From positions 9,587 through 73,586 of the forward strand of contig REAR01000069.1 in the NCBI GenBank assembly GCA_004295245.1: 64,000 bases of DNA, in the 5' to 3' direction. Shown here in pieces: positions 19,637 to 29,319 of this stretch. The notes under the pieces are model-generated. The model worked only from the letters and a program-made list of their open reading frames with translations, had not been told where the DNA came from and did not search any database. Numbering within the stretch: the stretch's first letter is position 1; the number at the start of each line of letters is the position of its first letter. Position numbers and translations under genes: made by a program. The stretch is from Sphingobacteriales bacterium (lineage in GTDB: Bacteria; Bacteroidota; Bacteroidia; Chitinophagales; Chitinophagaceae).

Positions 19637-20386
19637 TTATTTATCTGCAGTTGCGGCAGCAAAATTTTTTAATGCGGGGTTCCAGTTGTAGGGCAACCAA
19701 ACAATTCTGGGTGTAAGGTTCATATACACTACTTCCTGTTTACGAAAGAGTGCTATCAATCCATCGGTGCCACCAAAATTGGCCAGGTACCAATTGAACC
19801 ACTCAGGTACATTCACTTCAAAACCACGTTCAGTCATTTTTACATGGCTTTTAATATAGTTTCTGGTAGCTTCCTTCAATTGCTCCTCTATGCTGTGTGC
19901 TTCATAGAAATAAATAGGGGGGGCATCAGCACTGCCATTATTTAATGCAAAATGAATGCGATTGTCAAAATTTTCAACGGCAAATTTTTTTGCAAATTTT
20001 CCTTTGACAGGTTTCCCAGCAGCATCATTTCGCAATAAAGCATTTTGTATATCATTTGGGCTAATAGTATTGCCTGCAACAATAATGAATTTTCTTTTTA
20101 AAAAGCTTTTAGGTTTATTGAACCAATCGGGGTTTTTAGCCAACGCGTTTTGTACAGATGCATTGTAAACATTTATCCAAAAAGTTTTACGCAGTGCATC
20201 GGTATTTAATTCTTTTTGCAATGCAGCGGCATCATAGCTGGCCAGCGCTGTTTCCATTTCTGTTGCTGACTCACCGGTTTGTGCCGTATACAATAATTGT
20301 TGCGCATATTTAAGCGCTACTGGGTTTTCTTGTGCCCATAGCGTAGCCCATACGAGTGTTATAATTAGTGATAGTAAAACTTTCAT
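19637..20386 (-). CDS. DUF547 domain protein, secreted
   Basis: There is a signal peptide (MKVLLSLIITLVWATLWAQ) and a FWINVYNA motif characteristic of DUF547. Confidence 0.65.
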   Translation of the reverse strand: MKVLLSLIITLVWATLWAQENPVALKYAQQLLYTAQTGESATEMETALASYDAAALQKELNTDALRKTFWINVYNASVQNALAKNPDWFNKPKSFLKRKFIIVAGNTISPNDIQNALLRNDAAGKPVKGKFAKKFAVENFDNRIHFALNNGSADAPPIYFYEAHSIEEQLKEATRNYIKSHVKMTERGFEVNVPEWFNWYLANFGGTDGLIALFRKQEVVYMNLTPRIVWLPYNWNPALKNFAAATADK

Positions 20387-20474
20387 TGTTATGACAAATT
20401 AATGAATGGCAAAGATAAGTTGTGCTCCTTTCAATGCGTTTTTTTCGATGTAAAAGCTTTTTGGGGTGTTTAAT

Positions 20475-20499
20475 AAAAAAGCCCCAAACGGGGCTTTTG
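20475..20499 (-). terminator. Terminator downstream of scpB
   Basis: The stem AGCCCC/GGGGCT has an AAAC loop and is followed on the minus strand by a T-run (A-run at 20475-20480 on the plus strand). Confidence 0.7.
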
Positions 20500-20500
20500 T

Positions 20501-21334
20501 TTATGCGGTTGGGGGTGTATCTTCCTCTTCGTCGCTTGCTGTTGCATCAGCGTCAGCATCGGTATCAACTTCAGGTGCTGTATCTGCAGCAGCACTTACT
20601 ATTTCTTCAGTAGCCGTTACTTCATCAGTCTCATCTGTTGTTGCGGCAATTAATTCTCCGTTGGGTGCTACTGCTAAAGATTCTGGGGTGGCTTCTTCTT
20701 CTAAAACAAGTACTGTTTCTTCTGCAGCTTCAGATGCAAAGCCGGTAGTTATTATGGTGGGCTCGGCGTTTTGTTCTGCCAACACTTCTTTAATTTTTGG
20801 CAAATCATCAGTATTGTTAATACCAAAGTAATCCATAAAGTTTTTAGAAGTAGCATATACCAGTGGTTTGCCCGGCAGGTGCTCGTTACGGCCAGAAATA
20901 ATTACCAGCTCTTTTTCTAAAAGTTTTTGTACGGCATAATCGCAGTTAACGCCGCGAATAGCTTCAATTTCGCTTTTTGTAATGGGTTGTTTGTAAGCAA
21001 TAATAGAAAGTGTTTCCATGGCGGCTGCCGAAAGACGCTTTAAAAACTTTTCTCCGTTTAGCTGCGCAATGGTTTTATGAAAATCTCTTTTAGTAAGAAA
21101 CTGCCAGCCACCACCACTTTGTTTTACTTCAAAGGGGTAAAACTCACTTTGGTATTTTTCTACAATACCTTCCAAAGAAGCTTCTACCTGGTCCAGCACT
21201 ATCTTATCTTCCATAAAGCCAAAGGCATTATTAATCAATTCTGTTATTTCAATTGATGTTAAGGGCTTATCGCTGGCAAAAACCAGTGCTTCTATATGTG
21301 GTATCAGGTTTGTTATTTCCATACGTATCAGCAT
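20501..21334 (-). CDS. scpB: SMC-Scp complex subunit ScpB, with an acidic low-complexity C-terminal tail
   Basis: The motifs are IEALVFASDKPL, LSAAAMETLSIIAYKQPITKSEIEAIRG and PGKPLVYATSKNFMDYFG. Confidence 0.85.
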   Translation of the reverse strand: MLIRMEITNLIPHIEALVFASDKPLTSIEITELINNAFGFMEDKIVLDQVEASLEGIVEKYQSEFYPFEVKQSGGGWQFLTKRDFHKTIAQLNGEKFLKRLSAAAMETLSIIAYKQPITKSEIEAIRGVNCDYAVQKLLEKELVIISGRNEHLPGKPLVYATSKNFMDYFGINNTDDLPKIKEVLAEQNAEPTIITTGFASEAAEETVLVLEEEATPESLAVAPNGELIAATTDETDEVTATEEIVSAAADTAPEVDTDADADATASDEEEDTPPTA

Positions 21335-21443
21335 TTATTCATTTATGCAGTTGGCAAATCTAATTGTTCTGCTTCTTTAGGGCTAAATAGCTATCCTATA
21401 ATTATCCACACAAAGGAGTTTAACGGTTGAAATGCGTGCAACT

Positions 21444-21470
21444 GTTGCAGGGTGCGACGCAACGGCTGCC
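21444..21470. repeat. Dispersed element, solo core of the CACCCT subtype (reverse orientation)
   Basis: GTTGCAGGGTGCGACGCAACGGCTGCC is the exact reverse complement of 9268-9294. Confidence 0.85.
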
Positions 21471-21497
21471 CAATAGCCTTGCCACCGCCGGCCCCAA

Positions 21498-21528
21498 TAA
21501 AAAACCCCTGCATTTTTTGCAGGGGTTT
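21498..21528 (-). terminator. Terminator downstream of atpG
   Basis: The stem CCCCTGCA/TGCAGGGG has a T5 loop and is followed on the minus strand by a T-rich run. Confidence 0.75.
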
Positions 21529-21547
21529 ACTATTTATAAAGTATTTA

Positions 21548-22429
21548 TTAGCCTTTTAATGCGGCGGCACCGCTCACAATTTCTGTTAACTCTGTAGTAA
21601 TTGCAGCCTGGCGGGCACGGTTGTAAGAAATTTTTAGTGTTTTAATCAGCTCGTTGGCGTTTTCGCTGGCTTTATCCATAGCGGTCATGCGGGCGCCGTG
21701 TTCGCTGGCGTTGGCATCTAGCACGGCTTTATACAATTGTGTGTTTAATATTTTGGGCATCAGTTCTGCAATCAGTGTTTGCTTCTCGGGCTCAAAAATA
21801 AAATCGCTTTTCTTAGCATTGGTTTTTGCCACCACTTTGGGTATGGGCAAAAAACGTTCTACAGAAAAAGTTTGGGTGGCGGCATTTTTAAACTCGCTGT
21901 ACACAATTTCTACCACGTCGGCTTCTTTGTTTTCAAACGCTTTTACCGCGGCTTGTGCGCAGGCTTGTACGTTCTCAAAGTTTAAAGAAAGAAAAATGTC
22001 TTTATGTGCGGCGTTTACGTTAAATCGGTTTTTAGTAAAATGTTCCCAACCTTTTTTACCAATCGTCCATACCTGCACATTGCCTTTATCAAATTGAGCT
22101 TTGTATTTTTCTGCAATAGTAAGTTTGGTAAGTTTAATAACATTACTGTTATAGGCGCCGCACAAGCCACGGTCGCTGGTAATTGCAATAAACAATACTT
22201 TTTCAATAGGGCGTTCAACACCCAGGCTGCCACCGGTTTCTCCTTCACTGCCGCTAACAATATTACTTAGCATTTCTTGCAGCTTTTTGGCATAAGGGCG
22301 CATTTGTGTAATGGCATCTTGTGCACGGCGTAGTTTGGCCGCACTTACCATTTTCATAGCCTTGGTAATTTGCTGTGTACTTTGTACTGATTTTATTCGG
22401 TTACGTACCTCTTTTAAAGCACCACTCAT
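21548..22429 (-). CDS. atpG: F0F1 ATP synthase gamma subunit
   Basis: The 293-aa protein starts LKEVRNRIKSVQSTQQITKAMKMVSAAKLRRAQ and ends ITTELTEIVSGAAAL. Confidence 0.9.
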   Translation of the reverse strand: MSGALKEVRNRIKSVQSTQQITKAMKMVSAAKLRRAQDAITQMRPYAKKLQEMLSNIVSGSEGETGGSLGVERPIEKVLFIAITSDRGLCGAYNSNVIKLTKLTIAEKYKAQFDKGNVQVWTIGKKGWEHFTKNRFNVNAAHKDIFLSLNFENVQACAQAAVKAFENKEADVVEIVYSEFKNAATQTFSVERFLPIPKVVAKTNAKKSDFIFEPEKQTLIAELMPKILNTQLYKAVLDANASEHGARMTAMDKASENANELIKTLKISYNRARQAAITTELTEIVSGAAALKG

Positions 22430-22453
22430 AATGTAGCGAGTTTTATTTTATGA

Positions 22454-22520
22454 AACCAGCCATTGCACTGCCTTCAGCAGCCGTTGCGTCGCACCCTTCA
22501 ACCGAAGTGCGGGGCTGGCC
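22454..22520. repeat. Dispersed element, solo core of the CACCCT subtype
   Basis: CAGCCGTTGCGTCGCACCCTTCA at 22478-22500 has its exact reverse complement at 37143-37165. The outer AACCAGC / GCTGG arms are present. Confidence 0.8.
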
Positions 22521-22554
22521 CAATTTTGGCCGCAAAGGTAAAGGTTTGATGCTT

Positions 22555-22586
22555 AAAAAACCACAGGTTTTTTTGATAAAACCTGT
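22555..22586 (-). terminator. Terminator downstream of the 694-aa gene
   Basis: The 9-bp stem ACAGGTTTT/AAAACCTGT is followed on the minus strand by GG and TTTTTT. Confidence 0.65.
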
Positions 22587-22636
22587 AAAATGTGAGAACT
22601 GTGTGGATGAGTGTTTTTTTGAGCTTAGTAGCTGAT

Positions 22637-24721
22637 TTATAAACTAAAAACCTCTCTTAAAAACAAGATGCCTGCGTATTTATTTGGTGGTATGTACGAT
22701 TCAAACAATTCTTTAGCATTTTTATTGCCGTTAAAACGTTTGCCCAATGCCTCCCAAACCGGGGTCCACTCAACGTTTTTGTTATTGGTTAAATAATTGT
22801 TTACGGTAGTTAGAATAGGATCGTTAATAAGCATTGAGCCGATACGCCGGGTGGCAATAATATGGGCATCGGGGTTTATCATAAATACCCGTATTACATT
22901 ATTAAAGCCACCGCAAGAGCCCAAAAATACAAGCTGGCTGCTGGCGGGTATTTGCCGTAAGCTTTTATGCAGGTGATAGCTGTGCCCACGATGAATAAAA
23001 TATGTGACCTGCAATTTTCTTATTGCAATATTGCGCATCATGCGTGCCTGCACCGTATCATCGCCGGCCTTGGTAAGCGGTTTATTAAAAAATATTTTCA
23101 TGGGTACCGGGGTGGCAGAAGTATATTCTAAATAATCTCCATGATCTTTTTTTTGCCAGCTACCTGTTTTAAAAGATGCCAAAAAACTTTTATAGGAAGC
23201 GGAACCATCCTCATCATCATAAAAAAGACAGGCCTGCACTATCTGATTATTGGTTTGCATTTTGGTTGCCAATAAACTGTTGTAGGTTTCTTTATCAGCC
23301 ACTTGTTGCCCTTTGTCTGTAAGTATATTTTTAAAACCAGTATACATACGGCTTAAAAAAATATCATCAACCACTTGTGTGCTTAATATAACATCAATTT
23401 GTGCCACCAGCTGCTTGCTGATATTGTTATACTTTTTTAATTCATTGGCAATCTCAGCTATGTTAAGGGCTGTAATAACAATTTCATTATCGTTTAATTG
23501 TTTGTTGGTTAGTACATCCAGGTATTTAGCCGTTACACGGGCAAACTGTTGTGGTTCCATTTGCTGCATCAGTTCATCTATATAACCATAACTGCATAAG
23601 GTGACTAAAAATTTATCAAACTGATAGTAGCGGTTGTTTTCAAAAAACTGCAGCAAACCTTCTTGTTGTACTGCTTTTATAAAAAGGTTATACACATAAA
23701 TAAAGCTGGATGTGTACATTTCGCTTTCTCCACCCAGTATTAAAAAATATAATTCGTCGGCTGTTAAATTTGTGAGTGATTTGAAGCGGATATTATCTGG
23801 CTTTTCGTGCAACTCATTAATATAATCTATATAAAAATCGCCGGCAAATAAAGCATTGGCTTCTTGCAAAGGGTATTTTAAAAAACTTTTTTTAAAATCT
23901 GTTTCTGCGGTTGCCAAATACTTCACCTCTTTAATAAACTCATTGTAATAGGTAGCGGGTGTTTGCACCCATTTTTTTACAGTAGCTATACTTGTTCTGT
24001 TTTCATAAATGGCAAGGCTAAAGGGAATGATGCGGTCGTAAAAATTATCAAATGGTATGGCAGCTACTGCTTTTACCGTTGGGTTTTTGCTTAGTATTAC
24101 CAGATCAGTTAAAAAAGCATCTTTATTCTGCAGCTTTATACTTAAAATATCGGGCGCCAGATTAGCCAGGTAAAATAATAGTGTGTCTTTGTAGGGGGCA
24201 AAAACGGGTTGGCTAATGCGGCCGGGTATTAACTCTGGCATATTCAGCATTCTTCTTAAATCAGCAAATACCTGTATGCTATCTCCCAGTGTTGTTTTTT
24301 CAAACGTTTTTTGAAGAATGCTGGTTTGTGTAACATTAACATTGCGGTACAGTTTAATTAGTGGCTGTTTTTTATAGTTGTGTATTGTTGCCAGAAAATT
24401 TTGGTTAAGGGTTGGAATATTAAGTAAGCTAATGTTACGGGTAGCTACTGCTTGTTCGCAAGCCGTAAAATAGTTAACCAGCACATCTACATATGGCAGC
24501 CCTTCTAAACTGCCGGGTGCTTTTATTAATGAATCGCAAGTTGTATTATAAAACTGGTTTATTTTTTCAGCAAAAGCCGCATCATTAAACCGCTTGCTGA
24601 GCTTGGTATATAAACTTTTCTTTTTAGCGGCATAAACTACGGTGTTTTGTGCATATAGTGTAGCAGTAAAAAAAAGGGCTGCAAAAAAAAGAGGGATGGT
24701 CTTGGTTATTTGTGGCTTCAT
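22637..24721 (-). CDS. Hypothetical secreted protein (694 aa)
   Basis: There is a signal peptide (MKPQITKTIPLFFAALFFTATLYAQ). I recognise no family. The C-terminal region has HRGHSYH followed about 25 aa later by FLGSCGG. Confidence 0.6.
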   Translation of the reverse strand: MKPQITKTIPLFFAALFFTATLYAQNTVVYAAKKKSLYTKLSKRFNDAAFAEKINQFYNTTCDSLIKAPGSLEGLPYVDVLVNYFTACEQAVATRNISLLNIPTLNQNFLATIHNYKKQPLIKLYRNVNVTQTSILQKTFEKTTLGDSIQVFADLRRMLNMPELIPGRISQPVFAPYKDTLLFYLANLAPDILSIKLQNKDAFLTDLVILSKNPTVKAVAAIPFDNFYDRIIPFSLAIYENRTSIATVKKWVQTPATYYNEFIKEVKYLATAETDFKKSFLKYPLQEANALFAGDFYIDYINELHEKPDNIRFKSLTNLTADELYFLILGGESEMYTSSFIYVYNLFIKAVQQEGLLQFFENNRYYQFDKFLVTLCSYGYIDELMQQMEPQQFARVTAKYLDVLTNKQLNDNEIVITALNIAEIANELKKYNNISKQLVAQIDVILSTQVVDDIFLSRMYTGFKNILTDKGQQVADKETYNSLLATKMQTNNQIVQACLFYDDEDGSASYKSFLASFKTGSWQKKDHGDYLEYTSATPVPMKIFFNKPLTKAGDDTVQARMMRNIAIRKLQVTYFIHRGHSYHLHKSLRQIPASSQLVFLGSCGGFNNVIRVFMINPDAHIIATRRIGSMLINDPILTTVNNYLTNNKNVEWTPVWEALGKRFNGNKNAKELFESYIPPNKYAGILFLREVFSL

Positions 24722-24792
24722 GCACGGGTATTTAAAGTAGCCGTTAAGTTAAAACAATAATGGCATACTATCCGGGTGTGCTGCCCCAATGT

Positions 24793-25497
24793 TTAATTAG
24801 TTTTTCGTACTAATTGTAATTGCCAGTCCTGTATAAAATAGTATAAAGAAAAAGTGCCACCCTCTGCCGGGCAATTTTGTAATGGCCAGATTTGGTTTAT
24901 ATAGGTACTAATGATAACCGGCCCACTTGCGAGGCTATCAAAAAAAGCAGGTTCTATTTGCAGTTGATTGTTTTGTGGGCTAAGCTTGCGGGTGAAACTA
25001 TAATCGTTGCCAACACTATCACTTAGCTGAACGGTTATTTCTACTGAAGTGTGCAGTTGCTGGTAACTAAGTGTATAGTTGTTAGGTTGAATACTATCTG
25101 TAAAACTGGTATTGCAAATTGGTAATTGCAGGTGGAAGGGCTCTTTAAATGTCTTTCCGTTGATATCCTTATAAAACCAATAATGCGTGCCTTTAAGTGA
25201 AGGGGCTGCAAATTGTTGCTGGTAATAAGCGCCTTCAAATTCACTGCTGTCTGCCGTTAGTTGTTGTTCATCTAAGCTTACCATAGCAGGCTGGCTTAAT
25301 ACCAATGTGGTGCCATTTTGCCCTGCAAATCGGTATTGCGCTCGGCAGCGGATACTATCTTCCCCTTTATTACGAGTAATGCTGTATTGGGTATAAATTG
25401 TGGCGGGGTTCACGTCTTTGCTGTGCCCAATTTCGTTACTGGCGCAGGCGGTTAAAAAAAATAGTAATGCTAAAGCTAGTGGCAGGTTGTATTTCAT
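24793..25497 (-). CDS. Hypothetical lipoprotein
   Basis: MKYNLPLALALLFFLTAC is a lipobox-type signal. The start is placed at the ATG at 25497 rather than the TTG at 25509. Confidence 0.6.
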   Translation of the reverse strand: MKYNLPLALALLFFLTACASNEIGHSKDVNPATIYTQYSITRNKGEDSIRCRAQYRFAGQNGTTLVLSQPAMVSLDEQQLTADSSEFEGAYYQQQFAAPSLKGTHYWFYKDINGKTFKEPFHLQLPICNTSFTDSIQPNNYTLSYQQLHTSVEITVQLSDSVGNDYSFTRKLSPQNNQLQIEPAFFDSLASGPVIISTYINQIWPLQNCPAEGGTFSLYYFIQDWQLQLVRKTN

Positions 25498-25636
25498 AAA
25501 GAGATGCAATTTGAGCTTTATACATTTGGCTGGTATAAGGTTAGTTAAGAAAGCTATAAAGAAAAAATAGCCTGCTGTAAAATGTAGTTACAGGCGTATA
25601 ATTGCTGTCAAGATTGAGATGAAATGCAATTACATA

Positions 25637-25705
25637 CAGTTGCAGGACGCGTTGCAGTACAAGTGTGCGACGCAAGGATGCTGGGCTGCTTGCTGCCGCT
25701 GGTAC
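25637..25705. repeat. Dispersed element, solo core
   Basis: The core AAGTGTGCGACGCAAG is at 25661-25676 and the terminal GCTGGTAC at 25698-25705. It lies in the divergent region upstream of secA. Confidence 0.75.
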
Positions 25706-25851
25706 TATTAATAACTAACTGCATAAAAACCAGCTTCTAAAAACTGGAAACTGTTTTTTACCTTTGTGCCCCTGTCAATTTGGCCATAACTGTGTTGTAG
25801 CATCTTTTTTGACGAGGAGAAAACCATTAAGACCAAAATAATAAAGTTTTT

Positions 25852-28800
25852 ATGTTAGGAATATTTCAGAAAATTTTTGGGAGCAACAAGTCGGAAAAAG
25901 ATGTAAAAAAGATAGAGCCGATTGTTGGAAAAGTGAACCACCATTTTACCGCTTACCAATCCATCTCTAACGATGCATTGCGGGGTAAAACAACCGAGTT
26001 TAAAGAGCGTATACAGCAACATATTAAAGCCATTACTGAAGAAATTGCTACTAAAAAAGCAGCTGCAGAAGCACTTTCTACCACGGAGATGATGGCAAAA
26101 GACGAAGCCTACAATGAAATTGATAAACTGATAAAAGAACGGGATAAGCAAATTGAAGAAGTTTTACTTGAAATAGCTGCCGAAGCTTTTGCAGTGGTTA
26201 AAGAAACGGCCCGCCGATTTAAAGAAAATACAGATATAGTGGCTACCGCTACAGAGCAGGATCGTAACCTGAGTGTTAAGAAGGAATATATAACTATTAA
26301 CGGCAATCAATCTACTTATAAAAACACCTGGCTGGCCGGGGGTGGGCAGGTTACCTGGAACATGGTGCACTATGATGTGCAGTTAATTGGTGGTACAGTT
26401 TTGCACCAGGGTAAAATTAGTGAGATGGCAACGGGTGAGGGTAAAACGCTGGTAAGTACTTTGCCTGCGTATTTAAATGCATTAGCCGGAGAGGGGGTTC
26501 ATATTGTAACGGTGAACGATTACCTGGCCCGCCGCGATAGTGAATGGAACGGACCCATTTTTGAATGGCTGGGTTTAACTGTTGATTGTATTGATAAGCA
26601 TCAGCCCAATAGCGAAGAGCGGAGAAAAGCTTATCAGGCTGATATTGTATATGGTACCAACAACGAATTTGGTTTTGACTACCTGCGGGATAATATGGTG
26701 CATACACCCGATGAAATGGTACAACGCAAACATCATTTTGCGATGGTGGATGAGGTGGATAGCGTATTGATTGATGATGCCCGTACGCCTTTAATTATAT
26801 CTGGGCCAGTACCAAGGGGCGATGAGCAGCAATACCACATTTTAAAACCAAGAGTACAGCAACTGGTGGATGCACAGAAGCAGGTTACCAATAAATATTT
26901 AATTGAGGCAAGAAAACTGTTTGCTGAAGGCAACGATGACCCCAAAGAAGGCGGCCTTGCCTTAATGCGTGCCTACCGTGGCTTACCCAAAAACAGTGCA
27001 TTAATTAAATTTTTAAGCGAACCGGGTATAAAAGTTAAACTGCAGAAAGCAGAAAATTATTACCTGGCCGATCAGCAAAAAGAAATGCCAAAGGTGGATG
27101 CTGAGCTTTATTTCCATATAGATGAAAAAAACAATCAGGTAGATCTTACAGATAAAGGACTGGCAATGATTACCCGGACCGGAGAAGATCCGGAGTTTTT
27201 TGTATTGCCGGATATTTCTATCAGATTAGGCGAGCTGGACAAAGACGAGCAATTAAGTGCAGATGAAAAACTGCATAGCAAAGAAGCTATTTTAAATGAG
27301 TACTCTGTAAAAGCCGATCGCATACATACCGTACAACAATTATTAAAAGCCTATACATTGTTTGATAAAGATGTAGAGTATGTGGTAATGGATGAGCAGG
27401 TGAAAATTGTAGATGAGCAAACCGGCCGTATTTTAGATGGCCGCCGATATAGCGATGGATTGCACCAGGCCATAGAAGCAAAAGAGAATGTAAAGATTGA
27501 AGCTGCCACACAAACCTATGCTACTATTACCTTGCAGAATTATTTCCGCATGTATCATAAGTTAGCAGGTATGACGGGTACTGCAGAAACAGAAGCTGCT
27601 GAGTTGTGGGATATTTATAAATTGGATGTGGTAACTATTCCAACCAATGTAAAAGCTATTCGTAAAGATGAGCAGGACCTTGTGTACAAAACCAAGCGTG
27701 AAAAATACAAGGCTGTTATTGATGAGATAGAGAAACTGCGCAACGAAGGCCGTCCTGTTTTAGTGGGTACCACTTCTGTTGAAGTAAGTGAGTTGCTAAG
27801 TAAAATGCTGGCAGGTAAAAAAATTCCGCACAATGTATTAAATGCCAAACAACATGCCCGTGAAGCACAAGTGGTAGCAGAAGCTGGTTTGGCTGGCGCT
27901 ATTACTATTGCCACCAATATGGCTGGTCGTGGTACTGATATTAAATTGGGACCCGGTGTAAAAGAAGCAGGTGGCTTGGCTATTATAGGTACTGAGCGGC
28001 ATGAAAGCCGCCGTGTAGACCGCCAGTTGCGTGGCCGTGCCGGTAGGCAGGGAGACCCCGGCTCTACACAGTTTTATGTAAGTATGGAAGATGAACTGAT
28101 GCGTTTGTTTGGTAGTGAACGCATAGCCGGTTTAATGGATCGCTTTGGGTATAAAGAGGGCGAAGTGATACAACACAGCATGATTACCAAAAGCATTGAA
28201 CGGGCACAAAAGAAAGTGGAAGAAAACAACTTTGGTATACGTAAACGCCTGCTGGAGTATGATGATGTAATGAACAAACAACGTAATGTGGTATATAAAA
28301 AACGTAACCACGCTTTGTTTGGAGAGCGCCTGGCCTTAGACCTTGATAATGCCTTTTATGTAGTTGCAGAAGGGTTAGTGAATTCTTTTAGAGAGCAAAC
28401 CGATTATGAAGGATTTAAGTTAGCCGTAATTGTAAACTTTGGGTTAGATACGGTCCTTACTAAAGAAGAACTGGAGAAAGGAAATGCCGGCGAAGCCATT
28501 GAAAAATTATACCAGGAAGCTACCCGTAATTACCAACGCAGGATGCAGGAACTGGCAGCCCATTCAGTACCTGTATTTAAAAACATACGCAGCACACAAG
28601 GCAACCATATCGAAAATGTAGTAGTGCCGTTTAGCGATGGTAAAAAGGTTATACAAGCATTGGCTAGCATGCAAAAGACCTTGGAAACCGAAGGAAAAGA
28701 GTTGGTAAACTCCCTTGAAAAAACCATTACGCTAATATTAATTGATGATGCTTGGAAAGAACACCTGCGGCGCATGGACGATTTAAAGCAGAGTGTGCAA

Positions 28801-29178
28801 ACAGCGTACTTAGAACAAAAAGATCCATTGGTAATTTACAAGGTAGAAGCTTTTGAAATTTTCCGCCAGATGGATAGCGAAGTAAATAAAGATATTGTAA
28901 GCTTCTTATGCCATAGCGGTATACCCACTGAGCAAAGTAACAGTACTATAAAAGAAGGCAGAGAGCAAAAAACTGACATGAGTAAGATGCGTGCCAATAA
29001 AGAAGCAATAGATGCTGCCGGAGATGATTATGGTGCCAATCAAAACGATTATTTTGACCCCTCTGGTGCGGGTGTAAAACAAGAGCCAATTAAAGTGGGT
29101 CCAAAAGTTGGCAGAAACGATGCCTGCCCTTGTGGTAGTGGTAAAAAGTTTAAGCAATGCCATGGTAAAGACGCATAG
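25852..29178 (+). CDS. secA: Preprotein translocase ATPase SecA
   Basis: The 1108-aa protein has Walker A MATGEGKT, the motif VDEVDSVLIDDARTPLIISG, and the C-terminal zinc motif CPCGSGKKFKQCHG. Confidence 0.95.
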   Translation: MLGIFQKIFGSNKSEKDVKKIEPIVGKVNHHFTAYQSISNDALRGKTTEFKERIQQHIKAITEEIATKKAAAEALSTTEMMAKDEAYNEIDKLIKERDKQIEEVLLEIAAEAFAVVKETARRFKENTDIVATATEQDRNLSVKKEYITINGNQSTYKNTWLAGGGQVTWNMVHYDVQLIGGTVLHQGKISEMATGEGKTLVSTLPAYLNALAGEGVHIVTVNDYLARRDSEWNGPIFEWLGLTVDCIDKHQPNSEERRKAYQADIVYGTNNEFGFDYLRDNMVHTPDEMVQRKHHFAMVDEVDSVLIDDARTPLIISGPVPRGDEQQYHILKPRVQQLVDAQKQVTNKYLIEARKLFAEGNDDPKEGGLALMRAYRGLPKNSALIKFLSEPGIKVKLQKAENYYLADQQKEMPKVDAELYFHIDEKNNQVDLTDKGLAMITRTGEDPEFFVLPDISIRLGELDKDEQLSADEKLHSKEAILNEYSVKADRIHTVQQLLKAYTLFDKDVEYVVMDEQVKIVDEQTGRILDGRRYSDGLHQAIEAKENVKIEAATQTYATITLQNYFRMYHKLAGMTGTAETEAAELWDIYKLDVVTIPTNVKAIRKDEQDLVYKTKREKYKAVIDEIEKLRNEGRPVLVGTTSVEVSELLSKMLAGKKIPHNVLNAKQHAREAQVVAEAGLAGAITIATNMAGRGTDIKLGPGVKEAGGLAIIGTERHESRRVDRQLRGRAGRQGDPGSTQFYVSMEDELMRLFGSERIAGLMDRFGYKEGEVIQHSMITKSIERAQKKVEENNFGIRKRLLEYDDVMNKQRNVVYKKRNHALFGERLALDLDNAFYVVAEGLVNSFREQTDYEGFKLAVIVNFGLDTVLTKEELEKGNAGEAIEKLYQEATRNYQRRMQELAAHSVPVFKNIRSTQGNHIENVVVPFSDGKKVIQALASMQKTLETEGKELVNSLEKTITLILIDDAWKEHLRRMDDLKQSVQTAYLEQKDPLVIYKVEAFEIFRQMDSEVNKDIVSFLCHSGIPTEQSNSTIKEGREQKTDMSKMRANKEAIDAAGDDYGANQNDYFDPSGAGVKQEPIKVGPKVGRNDACPCGSGKKFKQCHGKDA

Positions 29179-29213
29179 TATAACTAAGAATTGATAACTA
29201 ATACCGAATAAGA

Positions 29214-29240
29214 GCCCCGCATTTGCGGGGTTTTATTTTG
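29214..29240 (+). terminator. secA terminator
   Basis: The stem CCCCGC/GCGGGG is followed by TTTTATTTT. Confidence 0.75.
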
Positions 29241-29242
29241 GG

Positions 29243-29295
29243 GTAACCGGCAGTAGTATTTTATGGCGGCATACTTGCGTCGCACACTGCAACAA
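29243..29295. repeat. Dispersed element, solo core
   Basis: The terminal GTAACCGGCAG is at 29243-29253 and the core CTTGCGTCGCACACTG at 29274-29289. Confidence 0.75.
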
Positions 29296-29319
29296 TAAAA
29301 CAAATAGCAACATAACATT

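Noticed and set aside
25758-25765. TACCTTTG upstream of secA might be a -7 promoter box.
   Set aside because: It matches TAnnTTTG, but no TTTG -33 element lies at the expected 19-21 nt spacing. The evidence is too weak to report as a feature.
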